Shown here: in pieces, positions 53,673-56,440 of the stretch
Layout: every line of letters begins with the position of its first letter
Numbering within the stretch: position 1 is the stretch's first letter
Origin: an uncultured Dehalococcoidales bacterium
GTDB taxonomy: Bacteria > Chloroflexota > Dehalococcoidia > Dehalococcoidales > UBA2162
Assembly (NCBI GenBank): GCA_964499775.1
Contig: CAZCMK010000001.1
Location: forward strand, 22,243-78,682
Direction: 5' to 3'
DNA length: 56,440 nt
The notes under the pieces: model-generated
Databases searched by the model: none
What the model was told of the DNA's origin: nothing
Seen by the model: the letters and a program-made list of their open reading frames with translations, nothing else
Translations under genes and position numbers: made by a program

Positions 53673-54929
53673 CTATGCCTCACTATATTTTCTCAGTATC
53701 AAAACAGAGTTGTGACCGCCGAAGCCGAACGAGTTAGACAGGGTTGTAGTAACATCGGCTTTTCGTGCCGTGTTGGGTACGCAGTCCAGGTGGCATTCGG
53801 GGTCCTTATTGACAAGATTAATCGTGGGAGGAATTATCCCGTTCTGGATGACCATCGTGCATATTGCCGCTTCAATAGCACCGGCGGCGCCGATACAGTG
53901 CCCCGTCATCGATTTTGTTGAGCTTACCGGCACCTTGCGGGTGTGCTCTCCGAAAACGGCCTGTACAGCTATCGATTCTACCTTATCGTTCAACTGCGTG
54001 GAGGTGCCGTGAGCGTTAATATAATCGATATCTTCCGGTTCCAGTCCGGCTTTTCGCAGAGCCAGCCGCATCGCCCTGATGGCACCGTCGCCGTCTTCAT
54101 CCGGCGCGGTAATATGGAAAGCGTCGCCGCTTGCTCCGTAAGCGATTATTTCAGCCATTATGTTTGCTCCGCGATCCCGGGCGTGGTCGAGAGTCTCCAG
54201 GATAAGGGAACATGCACCTTCCCCGATAACGAAACCATCGCGGTCAACATCGAAGGGACGTGATGCCTGCTGGGGAGCATCGTTCCTGGTAGAGAGTGCT
54301 TTAAGAGCGCTGAAGGCAGCGATACCCAGCGGGTTGATAATCGATTCGCTTCCGCCGGCAATCACAGCCTGAGCGTCGCCCCGTCTGAGAAGCTCGCAGG
54401 CGACTCCTATAGCATCGGAACTGCTGGAGCAGGCTGACGTGGTGCAGAGGTTCACCCCTTTTATCCCGAGGGTAATCGACACCTGCGCCGCCGCCATATC
54501 CGATATCATCATCGGTACAAGAAAAGGACTTACCCTGCTCGGGCCGTTCTCTATCAGTACCTTTGTCTGGCTGTAGAGAGTACCGAGTCCGCCGATTCCA
54601 CTGCCGACTATGATGCCTATCTGGTCTTCGTTGGTGTGGTTTATTTCTATCCCCGATTGCTCCACCGCCTGCATACTGGCAGCGACCGACATCTGAGAGA
54701 AACGGTCCATGCGGCGGGCTTCTTTGCGTTCTACGTAATTACTGGGGTCGAATCCCTTCACCTCGGCGGCTATCCTGGTGTCGAGAGGCGAGGCATCGAA
54801 CTGGGTTATCAGGTCGATGCCTGACTTACCGGCGATGAGGTTTTCCCAGGTGGTCGCCATATCCAACCCGAGCGGGGATATACAACCGATACCGGTTACT
54901 ACTGCTCTATTATCAGGGCTGTTTGCCAC
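53673..54929 (-). CDS. fabF: beta-ketoacyl-ACP synthase II
   Basis: 418 aa. Active-site TTSACSSS, INAHGTST and SFGFGGHN motifs. Confidence 0.95.
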   Translation of the reverse strand: MANSPDNRAVVTGIGCISPLGLDMATTWENLIAGKSGIDLITQFDASPLDTRIAAEVKGFDPSNYVERKEARRMDRFSQMSVAASMQAVEQSGIEINHTNEDQIGIIVGSGIGGLGTLYSQTKVLIENGPSRVSPFLVPMMISDMAAAQVSITLGIKGVNLCTTSACSSSSDAIGVACELLRRGDAQAVIAGGSESIINPLGIAAFSALKALSTRNDAPQQASRPFDVDRDGFVIGEGACSLILETLDHARDRGANIMAEIIAYGASGDAFHITAPDEDGDGAIRAMRLALRKAGLEPEDIDYINAHGTSTQLNDKVESIAVQAVFGEHTRKVPVSSTKSMTGHCIGAAGAIEAAICTMVIQNGIIPPTINLVNKDPECHLDCVPNTARKADVTTTLSNSFGFGGHNSVLILRKYSEA

Positions 54930-54943
54930 TTTTACCTCCTGAT

Positions 54944-54973
54944 TTGCGACTGCAAAAGTACGACTAGTATAAT
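54944..54973 (+). promoter_or_regulatory. putative promoter TTGCGA-18-TATAAT in the fabF/mtaB divergent region
   Basis: Hexamers read directly. Confidence 0.3.
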
Positions 54974-54982
54974 GTATTTAAC

Positions 54983-54997
54983 GATTGATAGTCAATC
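54983..54997. promoter_or_regulatory. 15-bp palindrome GATTGA-TAG-TCAATC (possible operator)
   Basis: Perfect 6+3+6 inverted repeat, 10 nt downstream of the putative -10, between fabF and mtaB. Confidence 0.25.
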
Positions 54998-55077
54998 AGA
55001 CGTGAAAAAAATGCCACTACCTGTCACCCGATTGGCTGCCTGTATTCCAGCTTCGGGAAGAGTGAAAAATACGGATT

Positions 55078-56334
55078 ATGAAGATAGCTCTGGAGACCCT
55101 GGGATGTAAACTCAACCAGGCGGAGACGGAACTGCTTGCCGGGCAGTTCATCGAGTCCGGTCACAGGGTCGTTTCGTCCGCCGAGGAAGCCGACATCTAC
55201 CTGCTGAATACCTGCACGGTTACTCATGTCGCCGATGCCAAATCACGCCACTCGCTCAGGCTGGCGCACCGTAAGAATCCGGACGCCGTGCTGGTAGCTA
55301 CCGGCTGCTACGCCCAGCGGGCGCCGGAGGAGCTTGCCCGAATCGAAGGAGTCAGACTGGTTGCGGGTAACAATGAAAAGATGCATATTATTCGATTACT
55401 TGAGGAGTCAGGTTTCCTCAGCGGTTTGGAATCGACCCCGGGGTCAGGTAGTGCCGGTGATAATCCTGGGTTCAGGACCCGAGCATTCATAAAAATACAG
55501 GACGGATGTAACAGCTTTTGCTCCTACTGCATCGTGCCTCTGGTGCGGGGAATAGAGAAGAGCATATCCGCCGACCGGGTGATTGACGAAATAAAACGCC
55601 GCGTGTCCGGCGGGGTAAAAGAGGCGGTGCTTACCGGAACGGAGATTGGCTCCTACAACAGTGACGGAGTTAACCTGGAAGGACTGCTTAAAAGAGTGCT
55701 TGCTGAAACAGACGTAGTCAGGCTCCGGCTTTCATCTCTCCAGCCCGGAGAAATTACTCAGGGACTGGTAAAACTATGGAACGACCGGAGGCTGTGCCCG
55801 CACTTTCACCTGTCTCTACAGAGCGGCAGCGAAGCGGTGCTGGGCAGGATGAAGCGACGCTACAGCGCCCGTGATTACAGGGAAGCGTTATCGTTAATCC
55901 GTTCCCAGGTGCCCTATGCCGCCATCACCACCGATATCATCTCCGGATTTCCCGGAGAGACCGAAGAAGAGTTCGAGGAGAGTCTTAATTTCTGCCGCGA
56001 GATGGAATTCGCCCGTATACATGTTTTCCCTTATTCGAAACGCCGGGAAACAGCGGCTGCAGGGATGCCGGAGCAGGTGGCAGATAGCGATAAGACGCAG
56101 CGTAGTCGAAATCTGGGCGCTCTAAGCTTGGAATGCGGAAAAGTATATAGACAGGGGTTTTTGGGCAGGGCTATGGACGTATTATGGGAAAAACAGTCAA
56201 GCGGTATCTGGTCCGGCCATACCGGCAACTACATAAAGGTCTATACAAGAAGCGATGATAACCTTACCAGCAGCCTGACGCGGGTAAAACTGGTGAAGCT
56301 ATATAAGGATGGATTGTGGGGGGAGAATACATAG
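55078..56334 (+). CDS. mtaB: tRNA (N6-threonylcarbamoyladenosine37-C2)-methylthiotransferase MtaB
   Basis: 418 aa. N-terminal UPF0004 Cys triad (LGCKLNQ, NTCTVT, TGC), radical-SAM CNSFCSYC motif, and a C-terminal TRAM-like domain. Confidence 0.85.
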   Translation: MKIALETLGCKLNQAETELLAGQFIESGHRVVSSAEEADIYLLNTCTVTHVADAKSRHSLRLAHRKNPDAVLVATGCYAQRAPEELARIEGVRLVAGNNEKMHIIRLLEESGFLSGLESTPGSGSAGDNPGFRTRAFIKIQDGCNSFCSYCIVPLVRGIEKSISADRVIDEIKRRVSGGVKEAVLTGTEIGSYNSDGVNLEGLLKRVLAETDVVRLRLSSLQPGEITQGLVKLWNDRRLCPHFHLSLQSGSEAVLGRMKRRYSARDYREALSLIRSQVPYAAITTDIISGFPGETEEEFEESLNFCREMEFARIHVFPYSKRRETAAAGMPEQVADSDKTQRSRNLGALSLECGKVYRQGFLGRAMDVLWEKQSSGIWSGHTGNYIKVYTRSDDNLTSSLTRVKLVKLYKDGLWGENT

Positions 56335-56386
56335 CCTGTCATATAAACTTGCCAGTGGGTATTCCGCCAAAATATAATATAAGCAT

Positions 56387-56440
56387 ATGACAAAGGCCTA
56401 TTTGTTAATAAAACTGGTACCGGGACTGGAGTCCGAGGCT
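56387..56440 (+). CDS. 5-prime fragment of a small Lrp/AsnC ligand-binding-domain-like protein (runs off the window)
   Basis: MTKAYLLIKLVPGLESEA resembles the start of stand-alone AsnC-type domains. Only 18 codons are visible. Confidence 0.3.
   Translation, partial: MTKAYLLIKLVPGLESEA

Overview
56.4-kb chromosomal segment of an anaerobic bacterium, about 50-55% GC by eye. The gene content and intergenic repeat types are reminiscent of Chloroflexota/Dehalococcoidia, but that is only a guess. All homology calls come from motif recognition by eye; no searches were run. I support about 55 protein genes, most of them housekeeping: tyrS; a cobalamin nucleotide-loop operon cobT-cobS-cobC-(PP-loop ATPase)-cobU; tmk; a split transketolase; nusA-ylxR-infB-rbfA-truB; purA; dapB-asd-dapA; rpsO-pnp; recJ; fabF; mtaB; lgt. 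There are also two tRNAs (Leu-UAA, Cys-GCA). Most longer intergenic regions carry nested palindromic MITE/REP-like repeats from at least three families. Items worth a second look: (1) a C_GCAxxG_C_C redox protein whose conserved first Cys codon is an in-frame TGA followed by a SECIS-like hairpin, making it a candidate selenoprotein that the ORF track truncates; (2) a tightly overlapping seven-gene minus-strand unit: two DUF2229-type subunits, a BcrAD/BadFG activase, plsX, a thioredoxin with a WCKPC site, an ArsD/YuzD-like thioredoxin-fold protein, and trxB. In that unit trxB has an in-frame TAA and the ArsD/YuzD-like gene has a +1 frameshift in an A6 run; (3) an MFS transporter with a TGA at codon 5 despite an intact promoter and SD; (4) a Dph6/MJ0570-type PP-loop ATP pyrophosphatase embedded in the cob operon; (5) a 183-nt MITE-like element found once intact and once with a second 71-nt palindromic element inserted in its terminal repeat; (6) an AT-rich orphan membrane-protein gene in the position usually held by rimP upstream of nusA; (7) a chimeric ABC-transporter remnant between the two tRNA genes; (8) a lipoprotein/LRR/glycine-zipper cluster coupled to a YprA/MrfA-type helicase and lgt. 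No CRISPR array, transposase, integrase or recognisable defence system was seen. The three ORF-disrupting lesions could be real decay or assembly errors, and only read-level data can decide.
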